From assembly GCA_964595665.1 (NCBI GenBank), contig CAZQQS010000007.1:1-28744 (forward strand): DNA of 28,744 nt, given 5' to 3'. Positions 17,453 to 24,990 of the stretch are shown in pieces. The notes below the pieces were generated by a model. That model saw only the letters and a list, made by a program, of their open reading frames with translations, did not search any database and was not told the origin of the DNA. Position 1 is the stretch's first letter. Each line of letters begins with the position of its first letter. The DNA is from an uncultured archaeon (GTDB lineage Archaea > Iainarchaeota > Iainarchaeia > Iainarchaeales > 0-14-0-20-30-16). A program made the position numbers and the translations under genes.

Positions 17453-18031
17453 ATGCCTAGAATTCCACCACATAAAATTCCACCACGTAAAGTTCCGATT
17501 TTTGATGGTGCTCATTATATAAAACACAATGTTTCTAAAAGAACGGTTAATATTGTGAATTATTTAAGATCTAAAGGTGTATCAGTAGAAGAAATATTGC
17601 ATTTAGAAGAAGAATTTGGTTTGCATTATTCTAAAGTTAGATTTGCAAATGCTGGAGAAAATGTAATAGATTATTTAAGAAAAAATCCAAATAAGAAATT
17701 ATTTATTTTAACAGGTATTGCTAAATTAATGGGGCAAATGCATTCATTTAATGTTGCACATAATGATTGTGGATTAATTAATTTTGTAATAGTTGATGGT
17801 CGATTAAGTATGATTGATTTTGAACATGCAGTTTACAAACAAATAGAGTGGGATGATGCAACAAATATATTGAAGGAATTTGCAAATGATTTAAATCGAT
17901 TGAGAGAAAATATGAATTCTGTAAATCTAACTTCTGAAGAGAGGAAAATAGTTTGGAATATTTTATTAGAACAATATCATTCTCCTCAAAATATTAAAGA
18001 ATTTTTATTAAAGGTTTTTACGCACGATTAA
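17453..18031 (+). CDS. Minimal RIO/Bud32-like kinase-fold protein (C-lobe motifs retained, N-lobe reduced)
   Basis: AHNDCGLINFVIVDGRLSMIDFEHAV parallels the RIO/Bud32 catalytic loop and metal-binding loop (HxDL...N....dg...IDF.qA). There is no recognisable Gly-rich loop or conserved VAxK lysine. Length is 192 aa. Confidence 0.35.
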   Translation: MPRIPPHKIPPRKVPIFDGAHYIKHNVSKRTVNIVNYLRSKGVSVEEILHLEEEFGLHYSKVRFANAGENVIDYLRKNPNKKLFILTGIAKLMGQMHSFNVAHNDCGLINFVIVDGRLSMIDFEHAVYKQIEWDDATNILKEFANDLNRLRENMNSVNLTSEERKIVWNILLEQYHSPQNIKEFLLKVFTHD

Positions 18032-18041
18032 AGGTAATTTT

Positions 18042-18518
18042 ATGCCATTATTTGATTTTAGGCCCTATGGTTTTCAAGTAGAAATTGAAAAGCAAAAAAA
18101 CAATGTTTACAAGTATGGTGATAAATTAAAAGGTAAAATCGATTTGTTTGTAAAAGATGAGTTTTTTGTTAAAGAATTGAGAGTTAATATATTACAAGAA
18201 ACAAAAACAGAAATTTATTCGACAATAAATAAACAAATAGAAATAAAATTTTCAAAAGATAAAATATTTGATAAAAAATTTTTAGAAAATCATCAATTTG
18301 AAATGGAAAAAGATAAGTTGCCAGAAAAATTTATTTATGATTTTGAATATGTTTTTGAAAAACCAAAAGAAAAGGATAAAACTGTTGTAAACAAAGTTTT
18401 TGATGTTATTTATCCTGATAGAAAAACTTACAAATATTTTCTCCAAGCTATTTTAGATTTTAGATTAAAGAAACCCGAAATATACACAAAAGAATTAATT
18501 TTAAAAGACAAGGATTAA
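18042..18518 (+). CDS. Hypothetical protein (158 aa), K/E-rich
   Basis: AAGGTAAT lies upstream of the ATG, 10 nt after the preceding gene. The stretch YKYGDKLKGKIDLFVKDEFFVKELRVNIL is loosely reminiscent of arrestin-N/Spo0M-type beta-sandwich starts. That resemblance is very weak. Confidence 0.35.
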   Translation: MPLFDFRPYGFQVEIEKQKNNVYKYGDKLKGKIDLFVKDEFFVKELRVNILQETKTEIYSTINKQIEIKFSKDKIFDKKFLENHQFEMEKDKLPEKFIYDFEYVFEKPKEKDKTVVNKVFDVIYPDRKTYKYFLQAILDFRLKKPEIYTKELILKDKD

Positions 18519-18552
18519 ATACTTATTCATGTTCTTTTTATTGGTGATGTAA

Positions 18553-18840
18553 ATGTTATCAAGTTTACCTATAGATTTGAAAAGTGTTAAAAAAGACGAT
18601 TTAGATAGAGAAATCCTAAGAGCGGGTATGATTGCAGAATTGGATGCAGTAAATTTTTATGAGCAAATGGCTGCAAAAGCTTCTAATAAACACCTTAAAG
18701 CTTTGTTGTTAGATATAGCAAAAGAAGAAAAAACACATATTGCTGAATTCGAAACAATGCTTTTAAAATTAGATAAAGAACAAGTTAATGAAAATGTTAA
18801 AGGAAAAGCCGAAGTAGAAGCTATAATGAGAAAGAAATAA
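18553..18840 (+). CDS. Half-ferritin / rubrerythrin-like four-helix protein, EncFtn-like
   Basis: GGTGAT lies upstream of the ATG. Putative metal ligands are E29 (IAELDA), Y36 (NFYEQ), and E59 and H62 (EEKTH). An ExxH motif lies 30 residues after the first Glu. Length is 95 aa. Confidence 0.55.
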   Translation: MLSSLPIDLKSVKKDDLDREILRAGMIAELDAVNFYEQMAAKASNKHLKALLLDIAKEEKTHIAEFETMLLKLDKEQVNENVKGKAEVEAIMRKK

Positions 18841-18898
18841 TCTTTCTCTTTTTAATTTTATTATTTAGGGTTTGCAACAGTATACATAAACCATAACC

Positions 18899-18953
18899 TT
18901 TATAAAATATATAAGTCATATATATTATAATATATTTTCTTTTTCTGAGGTGG
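18899..18953 (+). promoter_or_regulatory. Putative superoperon promoter (TATA-like box) and SD of psmA
   Basis: TTTATAAAAT lies at 18899-18908, downstream of a T-rich terminator-like stretch (18841-18866). GAGGTGG at 18947-18953 lies 4 nt upstream of the psmA ATG. The background is AT-rich, so the TATA call is weak. Confidence 0.35.
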
Positions 18954-18957
18954 ATAA

Positions 18958-19650
18958 ATGTATACTACAGATAAAAACACAGTTATGGCATATGATCGAG
19001 CTATTACTGTATTCAGTCCTGAAGGTCGATTATATCAGGTAGAATATGCTTCTAAGATTATAGAGCGTGGAACTCCAGCTATGGCTGTTAAGTTTAAAGA
19101 AGGAATTTTATTTGCTGTAGATTTTAACTTCGATTCTAAACTTTTGGTTTTAGATTCTATAGAAAAAGTGTTCAAAATAGATAATCATATTTATTTTATA
19201 TCTGCTGGTTTAGCAGGTGATGCAAGAAAACTTTCAGAAAATGGAAGAGAATTTGCTGCTGAGAATAAGTTTTTATATGATGAACCAATAGAAGTAAGCA
19301 CAGTATCTAAAAAAGTTGCTACTATTAAACAAGTATTTACACAATATGGTGGAATGAGACCTTTTGGAGTTTCATTTATTGTTGTAGGAAAAGATGAATT
19401 AGGTTATCATATATTTGAAACTGAGCCTTCTGGAGCAGTAGCAGAATATAATGCATTATCAATTGGTAGAGGTAAACAAAAGGCAACTCAAGTTTTTGAG
19501 AAAAAGTTTAAACAAAACTTAAGCCAAGATCAAGCAAAAGATATACTTGTTGAAGCAATACAAAGTATTTATGAAAAAAATAAAATTGATTTTAATAATA
19601 TAAAATTATATTTGTTCAAAGATGATAATTTAAAAGAATTATCTTTTTAG
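18958..19650 (+). CDS. psmA: Proteasome alpha subunit
   Basis: The N-terminal alpha-subunit signature YDRAITVFSPEGRLYQVEYA is present. Length is 230 aa. Confidence 0.93.
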   Translation: MYTTDKNTVMAYDRAITVFSPEGRLYQVEYASKIIERGTPAMAVKFKEGILFAVDFNFDSKLLVLDSIEKVFKIDNHIYFISAGLAGDARKLSENGREFAAENKFLYDEPIEVSTVSKKVATIKQVFTQYGGMRPFGVSFIVVGKDELGYHIFETEPSGAVAEYNALSIGRGKQKATQVFEKKFKQNLSQDQAKDILVEAIQSIYEKNKIDFNNIKLYLFKDDNLKELSF

Positions 19651-19659
19651 GTGAAATAA

Positions 19660-20352
19660 ATGGTAAATGTAGATGACGCAAGAGTTGCGAGTTTAGAAAC
19701 AAAAACTCATAAATTTGAAATATTAGTAGATCCTGATTTGGCTTTAGAGATTAAATTAGGTTTTAAAGAAGTTAAAAATAACTTAAGCAATCTTTTAGCT
19801 GTTGAAGAAGTTTATAAAAATGCAAAATCTGGTGATTCAATTTCTGAAGCTGCATTAAAGGAGCAGTTTGGAACTTTGGAATTAGAAATTATTGTTGATG
19901 AAATTTTAAAAAAAGGAAATTTAGATTTAACAACAGAACAAAAAAGAAAGTTAGCAGAAGCTAAAAGAAAAGAATTAATTGATTATATTGTAAAAAATTC
20001 AATAAATCCAGTAACTAAAGCACCTCATACTTTTTCTAGAGTAGAAAGTGCTATAGAATCTGCAAAAATTAATTTAGACCCGCAAAAACCAATAAAATAT
20101 CAAATAGATAAAATTGTTGAAAAATTAAATGAAATTTTGCCATTAGATTTTAAGAAATATGTTGTAAAAGCATATATTCCTATACAATATGCTGGTAAAA
20201 TAAATTCTATGATTAGCAAATATGAAATTTTGGAAAGAAAATGGTCTAATGAATATTATTTTTCTGCAAATATTCCTGCTGGAGAAAAAGATGCTTTTTT
20301 GAATATGATTTCAAATTTAACAAAAGGCACATCTAGATTTGAATTGGAGTGA
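19660..20352 (+). CDS. sdo1: SBDS-family ribosome maturation protein
   Basis: It occupies the position between psmA and rrp4 in the conserved archaeal superoperon. The N-terminal ARVASLETKTHKFEILVDPDLALEIK matches the SBDS FYSH-domain start. Length is 230 aa. Confidence 0.8.
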   Translation: MVNVDDARVASLETKTHKFEILVDPDLALEIKLGFKEVKNNLSNLLAVEEVYKNAKSGDSISEAALKEQFGTLELEIIVDEILKKGNLDLTTEQKRKLAEAKRKELIDYIVKNSINPVTKAPHTFSRVESAIESAKINLDPQKPIKYQIDKIVEKLNEILPLDFKKYVVKAYIPIQYAGKINSMISKYEILERKWSNEYYFSANIPAGEKDAFLNMISNLTKGTSRFELE

Positions 20353-20356
20353 TTAA

Positions 20357-20965
20357 ATGAAAACTATAGTTTGCCCTGGAGAATTAATTTCTGATAAAGC
20401 AGAAAAAGGTCAAGGGATATTGGTAAGAGATAACAAAACATATTCAAAATATTTGGGTGTATTATACAAAACAGATTATGGTTTGCAAGTAATACCTTTA
20501 CAAGGAAAATATGCTCCAAAAATTGATGATGATATTATTGGAGTAATTGTTGATGAAGATGTTAATGGTTATATTGTTGATGTTAGATCTTCAAAAAATA
20601 GTTATGTTTTGAAAAGATTTGTTAATGCACGATTGCATTTAGGAAATGTTTTATTATTAAAAGTTTTAACTGTTAATGAGTTAAAAGAAATTCAAGTAGA
20701 AGTTAAAGGTAAATTAGATGATGGCATTTTATTAGAAATAGCTGCAAAAAAAGTTCCAAGAGTAATTGGAAAAAATAAATCTATGTTAGATGTTTTAGAA
20801 AAACATTCTAAATCAGAAATATTTGTAGGATCAAATGGATTTATATTAGTAAAAAATGGTGTGCCAAATATAGTAAAAAAAGCAATTAACATTATTGACA
20901 AATATTCACATGTTGATAATTTAACTGATAAAATTGATGCTTATTTAAGTAATGGAGAAGATTAA
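20357..20965 (+). CDS. rrp4: Exosome complex RNA-binding subunit Rrp4 (S1 + KH)
   Basis: VCPGELIS is the N-terminal start and DDIIGVIVDEDVNGYIVDV is the S1 region. The KH motif is VPRVIGKNKSMLDVLEKHSKSEIFVGSNGFILV. There is no zinc ribbon, which argues against Csl4. At 202 aa it is rather short. Confidence 0.8.
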   Translation: MKTIVCPGELISDKAEKGQGILVRDNKTYSKYLGVLYKTDYGLQVIPLQGKYAPKIDDDIIGVIVDEDVNGYIVDVRSSKNSYVLKRFVNARLHLGNVLLLKVLTVNELKEIQVEVKGKLDDGILLEIAAKKVPRVIGKNKSMLDVLEKHSKSEIFVGSNGFILVKNGVPNIVKKAINIIDKYSHVDNLTDKIDAYLSNGED

Positions 20966-20967
20966 TT

Positions 20968-21705
20968 ATGGACGAATGGTATTTCGATTCGAAAGGAAAA
21001 AGAATTGATGGTAGAGGTCAATTCGAAACAAGACCAATAACTATGAAAGTTGGTGTTATAGATAACGCAGATGGTTCTGCATATGTTGAATGGGGTCAAA
21101 ATAAAGCATTAGCTGCAGTATATGGTCCAAGAGAAATGTTGCCAAAACATATGGCTAATCCCAATAGAGCTACAGTAAGATATTATTATAGAATGGCTCC
21201 ATTTTCTGTTCCAGATAGAAAAAATCCAAAACCTGGAAGAAGAGAAATTGAGATTTCTAAAGTATCTGGTGAAGCATTAGGAAAAGCTGTTGATTTAGAA
21301 CAATTTCCAAATAGTGCAATAGATGTTTATGTAACAATTTTAGATTCAAATGCTGGAACAAGAATTACAGGAATATTGGCTGGAAGTTTAGCTTTAGCAG
21401 ATGCTGGTTTACCAATGAAAGATTTGGTTTCAGGTATAGCTGTTGGAAAAGCAGGCGGTAAAATAATTTCTGATTTAAATAAACACGAAGAAGATGCTCC
21501 AGATGCAGTTGATTTGCCTATCGCTATGTTGCCAGAAACTAATGAAATAGTTTTAATGCAAATGGATGGACCTTTAACTGAAGATGAATTAAGCGAAGCA
21601 TTAGAAATTGCAAAAAAGAATTGTGTTGAAATAAAAGAAATGCAAATGAAAGCTTTGAAAGAAAAATACTCAAAAGATTTTAGTGGTGATGCTGATGAAA
21701 TATAA
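20968..21705 (+). CDS. rrp41: Exosome complex exonuclease Rrp41 (RNase PH domain)
   Basis: RIDGRGQFETRPITMKVGVIDNADGSAYVEWGQNKALAAVYGPRE is a canonical Rrp41 N-terminus. RNase PH domains 1 and 2 are present. Confidence 0.92.
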   Translation: MDEWYFDSKGKRIDGRGQFETRPITMKVGVIDNADGSAYVEWGQNKALAAVYGPREMLPKHMANPNRATVRYYYRMAPFSVPDRKNPKPGRREIEISKVSGEALGKAVDLEQFPNSAIDVYVTILDSNAGTRITGILAGSLALADAGLPMKDLVSGIAVGKAGGKIISDLNKHEEDAPDAVDLPIAMLPETNEIVLMQMDGPLTEDELSEALEIAKKNCVEIKEMQMKALKEKYSKDFSGDADEI

Positions 21706-22486
21706 ATATGAATCAGAAATTGTTAAACAAGAATTATTAGAAGGTAAAAGATTATCTAATAGAAATGTTTATGATACAAGAGATATTTCTATAGAATTAA
21801 ATACTTTAAAAAATGCTGATGGTTCTGCAATTTTAAGTTTAGGAAAAACAAAAGTTGTTGCTGGTGTAAAAATATTGCCAGACAAACCATTTCCAGATAA
21901 TCCTGATGAAGGATCTATTAGTGTTGGAATAGAATTAAGTGCAATGGCTGATTCAAACTTTGATAACGGTCCTCCTAGTGAAGATTCAATAGAAGTTTCA
22001 AGAGTTGTTGATAGAGCAATAAGAGAATCTAAAGCAGTTGATTTTAATGCTTTATCGATAGTTTCTGGAGAATTAGCATGGTTTGTTTATGTTGATATTT
22101 ATATCATAAACAATGATGGAAATATTTATGATGCTTGTGAATTAGCTTCATTAGCTGCATTAAAAAGTGCTAAGATTCCTAAATTAGATGAAAATAATAA
22201 AATAATAAAGGGAGAATTTAATGGTGAATTAAAATTATTGAATAATCCAATATTATTTAGTTTTGCAAAAATTGGCGAAAAAATAGTTTTAGATCCTGAT
22301 GCATTAGAAGAAAGTGCATGCGATGCAAGATTTTCTGTTGCAATAAGAGATGATAAAAGATTAATAGCTTTGCAAAAAGGTTTATTAGGTTCATTTACTG
22401 TTGAAGAAATAAAAGAAATGGTTAATGTTGCAATAAAGAAACATTCAGAAATACTTAAAAATTTAGAAAACGCAATGAAAAGGTGA
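21695..22486 (+). CDS. rrp42: Exosome complex subunit Rrp42 (RNase PH-like, non-catalytic)
   Basis: GKRLSNRNVYDTRDISIELNTLKNADGSAILSLGKTKVVAGVK is a typical Rrp42 sequence. GGTGAT at 21685-21690 favours the ATG at 21695 over the GTG at 21683 in the track. It overlaps the end of rrp41. Confidence 0.88.
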   Translation: MKYKYESEIVKQELLEGKRLSNRNVYDTRDISIELNTLKNADGSAILSLGKTKVVAGVKILPDKPFPDNPDEGSISVGIELSAMADSNFDNGPPSEDSIEVSRVVDRAIRESKAVDFNALSIVSGELAWFVYVDIYIINNDGNIYDACELASLAALKSAKIPKLDENNKIIKGEFNGELKLLNNPILFSFAKIGEKIVLDPDALEESACDARFSVAIRDDKRLIALQKGLLGSFTVEEIKEMVNVAIKKHSEILKNLENAMKR

Positions 22487-22491
22487 TGATA

Positions 22492-22749
22492 ATGGGTGAA
22501 AACGGACGATTTGGTTCAAGATATGGTTCTAAGATTAGAAAAAATGTTTTAGCTGTAGAATCAAAATATAAATATCAAAAACAAGAATGCCCTTTTTGTG
22601 GTAAAAAATCTGTAAAAAGAGAAGCATCTGGAATATTTAATTGTGCAAACTGTGGCAAAAAATTTGCTGGTGGATCATATACTCCAGAAACATTAACTAA
22701 AAAAACAATTATAAATAAAATGTTTGACAAAAATGGTAAAACATTATAA
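22492..22749 (+). CDS. rpl37ae: Ribosomal protein eL43 (L37Ae)
   Basis: GRFGSRYGSKIRK is followed by a zinc ribbon, CPFCGKKSVKREASGIFNCANCGKKFAGGSYTP. AGGTGAT (22481-22487), whose GGTGA core spans the rrp42 stop, favours the ATG at 22492. Confidence 0.92.
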   Translation: MGENGRFGSRYGSKIRKNVLAVESKYKYQKQECPFCGKKSVKREASGIFNCANCGKKFAGGSYTPETLTKKTIINKMFDKNGKTL

Positions 22750-22773
22750 TTGTATAAATTAAGGTGATTAAAA

Positions 22774-22830
22774 ATGGCTCAGTTAAAAGTTTTTAAAAAC
22801 AGTAAAACTTATAACAGTTCCATTTTGTAA
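22774..22830 (+). CDS. 18-codon micro-ORF (MAQLKVFKNSKTYNSSIL) with a strong SD; coding status uncertain
   Basis: It is not in the ORF track because it is too short. TAAGGTGATTAAAAATGGC at 22760-22778 is 18/19 identical to the rpoP translation-initiation region at 22831-22849. No family recognised. Confidence 0.25.
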   Translation: MAQLKVFKNSKTYNSSIL

Positions 22831-22844
22831 TAAGGTGATTTAAA

Positions 22845-22982
22845 ATGGCACGATATAGATGTATAAGATGTGAAAAAGAATTTGAAGGAATTATTGAAGG
22901 TCCAGTAAGATGTCCACAATGTTCTTTTAGAGTTTTAGAGAAGGTTAGACCAGAAGTAGTTAAAGAAGTTTTAGCAGAGTAG
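22845..22982 (+). CDS. rpoP: DNA-directed RNA polymerase subunit P (Rpo12 / RPABC4 homolog), 45 aa
   Basis: I translated this by hand because it is not in the ORF track: MARYRCIRCEKEFEGIIEGPVRCPQCSFRVLEKVRPEVVKEVLAE. It has a CxxC...CxxC zinc ribbon and the RVLEKVRP tail typical of RpoP. GGTGAT SD is present. The position after rpl37ae is the conserved one. Confidence 0.85.
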   Translation: MARYRCIRCEKEFEGIIEGPVRCPQCSFRVLEKVRPEVVKEVLAE

Positions 22983-22988
22983 GTTTTT

Positions 22989-23468
22989 ATGCATTACATA
23001 ACTACATCAAGAAAACCCGGATTAAGGGTAAGAGCGTTTGTAAAAGATATTGCTTTTTTATTTGAAGCAGAATACATTACTAGAGGTAAGAATTCAATTA
23101 GTGATTTAATTGCAGATGCTCGTTATAAGGCTGTAGACAAAATTGTAATTATAACTGAAAAGAATGGAAATCCACACCAATTATTAATAATGTCTGTTGA
23201 TGAAAAAAATTGGGAATGGGAAGAAACATATTTCATAAAAATTATTAAAGCTAAATCTGAAGTTAACTCGGAGAAGTTTAGAATCCGAAATTTTATAATT
23301 GAAACTAAAAATAAAGCATTAAATTCTATTTTTAATAAATTAGATATTGATAGTAAAGATAGTGAATTTATTATTAAAGATTTGAAAAATGGAATTAGTA
23401 TTTTTAAAGGCAAAAAAGAAATTGGTCCGAGTTTTGATGTTACTTTTGCAAAGGGATTAAATGATTAA
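22989..23468 (+). CDS. Brix-domain (Imp4-like) ribosome biogenesis protein
   Basis: The N-terminal ITTSRKPGLRVRAFVKDIAFLF is the archaeal Brix signature. The superoperon position is conserved. Confidence 0.8.
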   Translation: MHYITTSRKPGLRVRAFVKDIAFLFEAEYITRGKNSISDLIADARYKAVDKIVIITEKNGNPHQLLIMSVDEKNWEWEETYFIKIIKAKSEVNSEKFRIRNFIIETKNKALNSIFNKLDIDSKDSEFIIKDLKNGISIFKGKKEIGPSFDVTFAKGLND

Positions 23469-23694
23469 TTTAAAATTGGAAGTTAACAACAAAAATGCAA
23501 AGAATATTTATGATTCTATTGCTGATGACTTGTATGAAAAAGGAAGAGCAGATTTAAAAATAATTTCGGAAAAAGAAAAATTGATTTTTGAAATCAATTC
23601 AGAAGATTACACATCTATAAGAGCAACAATTAATTCTATATTATTAAAGTTAAGAGCTTTTGATGATTTAGATAAAAGAATAAAAGATATTTAA
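23461..23694 (+). CDS. pcc1: Pcc1-like KEOPS subunit (COG2892-type small protein)
   Basis: It is a 77-aa protein sitting between the Brix gene and prefoldin beta, as in the conserved superoperon. The pattern ...AKNIYDSI...LIFEINSEDYTSIRATINSILLKLRAF resembles Pcc1/CTAG. It overlaps the Brix stop by 8 nt. Confidence 0.55.
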   Translation: MINLKLEVNNKNAKNIYDSIADDLYEKGRADLKIISEKEKLIFEINSEDYTSIRATINSILLKLRAFDDLDKRIKDI

Positions 23695-23714
23695 TTAAAT
23701 TTAGAGGTGAGTTT

Positions 23715-24056
23715 ATGAGTAATATGAATAATGAAGATTTTGTAGCATTTAACCAATATAATTCACAAATGTCTGCAATTAGTAGTCAAAAGAATCAATT
23801 AAAAATGATAATTGATAATACTAATGATGCAATAAAAGAATTAAAAGAAAGTAAAGAAGATTTCGCATATAAAAATTTAGGTTTTTTTATGTTGAAAGTG
23901 GATAAAACAAAATTAATAAAAGACTTAGAAAGTGAAATAGAAAATGTTAAAATAAGAATTAAAACATTAGAAAAGAGCGAAGAATTAGTTGGAAAAAAAT
24001 TAGAAGAATTAAGAACTAAATTAGAAGCTCAAATGAAAACTGCTAAAAAAGAGTAG
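23715..24056 (+). CDS. pfdB: Prefoldin beta subunit
   Basis: It has two coiled-coil arms flanking the beta-hairpin region FAYKNLGFFMLKVDKTKLIKDLE. GAGGTGA SD is present. It is the terminal gene of the superoperon. Confidence 0.85.
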   Translation: MSNMNNEDFVAFNQYNSQMSAISSQKNQLKMIIDNTNDAIKELKESKEDFAYKNLGFFMLKVDKTKLIKDLESEIENVKIRIKTLEKSEELVGKKLEELRTKLEAQMKTAKKE

Positions 24057-24063
24057 ATTTTAT

Positions 24064-24090
24064 GATTGCATTTTTGCAATCTCTTTTTTT
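24064..24090. terminator. Hairpin plus T-run ending the superoperon
   Basis: GATTGCA (24064-24070) pairs with TGCAATC (24075-24081) across a 4-nt loop. TCTTTTTTT follows. Confidence 0.55.
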
Positions 24091-24844
24091 ATATTTTTAA
24101 TGTTTGTAAATTATCTAATAATTCTAATTTACACTCTTTTAATTTTTCTTCACATCTAAATTTTAATTTATTACAATCTATTTTTATTAAATCAAAAGTA
24201 TTGTAATGCATAGGTATCACAATATTACATTTTAATTGTCTTGCCATAGATACAAATTCAAAAATGTCTGCAGTAAATATTCCTCCAGATGGTAAAATAG
24301 CTATATCTATATTTTCTCTAATATTTGGTAATACATTTGTATCTCCTGCAAAGTAGATTTTTTTATCATTTTTTTCAATAATATATCCTACAGGATAATA
24401 TGATTGAGGGTGTTGTGCAGGTAATACTTTAATTTTAATTGTTGATACTACAATATTATCATCAACTTTTACTGTTCTAACTTTATTTTTATCTAGAATT
24501 AATTGTTTTGTTACATCCATTGGGGCAACAATTATTGGAGAATCTCTTTTAATTAAGAATTCTATTGCTTCTTTATCAAAATGATCAAAGTGTTCATGAC
24601 TTATTAATATAATGTCAATTTTTGGTAAATCTTCTTTTTTCAATTCATTTTTTTCAGCTAAACATAAAGTTCCTAATACTTTATTATTAAAATAAGGGTC
24701 TATCAAGATATTTACTTTATCTGGATAAGAGATTAAGAAACAGGAATGAAAAATCTTTTTTATTTCTAAAGAATATTTTTTTTTTGTTTCAGTATTCTCA
24801 ATTACTTTTTCCTTTTTGAAAATTTTTTTAATAAAATTTACCAT
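24089..24844 (-). CDS. Metallo-beta-lactamase-fold hydrolase (UPF0173-like)
   Basis: The HxHxDH motif is present in ILISHEHFDHF. Later His/Asp ligands appear in FAGDT and PMHYNTF. Length is 251 aa. Confidence 0.75.
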   Translation of the reverse strand: MVNFIKKIFKKEKVIENTETKKKYSLEIKKIFHSCFLISYPDKVNILIDPYFNNKVLGTLCLAEKNELKKEDLPKIDIILISHEHFDHFDKEAIEFLIKRDSPIIVAPMDVTKQLILDKNKVRTVKVDDNIVVSTIKIKVLPAQHPQSYYPVGYIIEKNDKKIYFAGDTNVLPNIRENIDIAILPSGGIFTADIFEFVSMARQLKCNIVIPMHYNTFDLIKIDCNKLKFRCEEKLKECKLELLDNLQTLKI

Positions 24845-24909
24845 ATATATTTTAGATATAAAACCTTTTTAAATAAATCTAAATTCTGTTTGTTTTTATT
24901 AAAGAACTT

Positions 24910-24990
24910 AATGTAAACTAAACTTTACATTTTACAAAACCTTTATATATGTTTCTTTACATACAATATGTAAAGTATTATTTACATTTT
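24910..24990 (+). promoter_or_regulatory. Putative operator array: five TTTACAT/ATGTAAA heptamers (two palindromes plus a half-site) flanking a TATA-like box
   Basis: The first palindrome is AATGTAAA (24910-24917), a 6-nt spacer, then TTTACATT (24924-24931). A TATA-like TTTATATA lies at 24942-24949. The second palindrome is CTTTACAT (24955-24962), a 5-nt spacer, then ATGTAAAG (24968-24975). A half-site TTTACAT lies at 24981-24987. GAGGGAG SD lies at 24993-24999. Confidence 0.5.

Noticed and set aside
18553-19650. The possibility that the EncFtn-like gene marks an encapsulin nanocompartment operon.
   Set aside because: The downstream gene is unmistakably proteasome alpha, and the upstream 158-aa protein is too small for an HK97-fold shell protein. 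No C-terminal targeting peptide is visible. I kept it only as an orphan half-ferritin finding.
20692-20901. Track ORF 20692..20901 (-).
   Set aside because: It is antisense to the KH domain region of rrp4, inside a tightly packed plus-strand operon.
23123-23413. Track ORF 23123..23413 (-), 96 aa.
   Set aside because: It is antisense to the Brix-domain gene in the superoperon. The sequence is low-complexity and S/L/I-rich.
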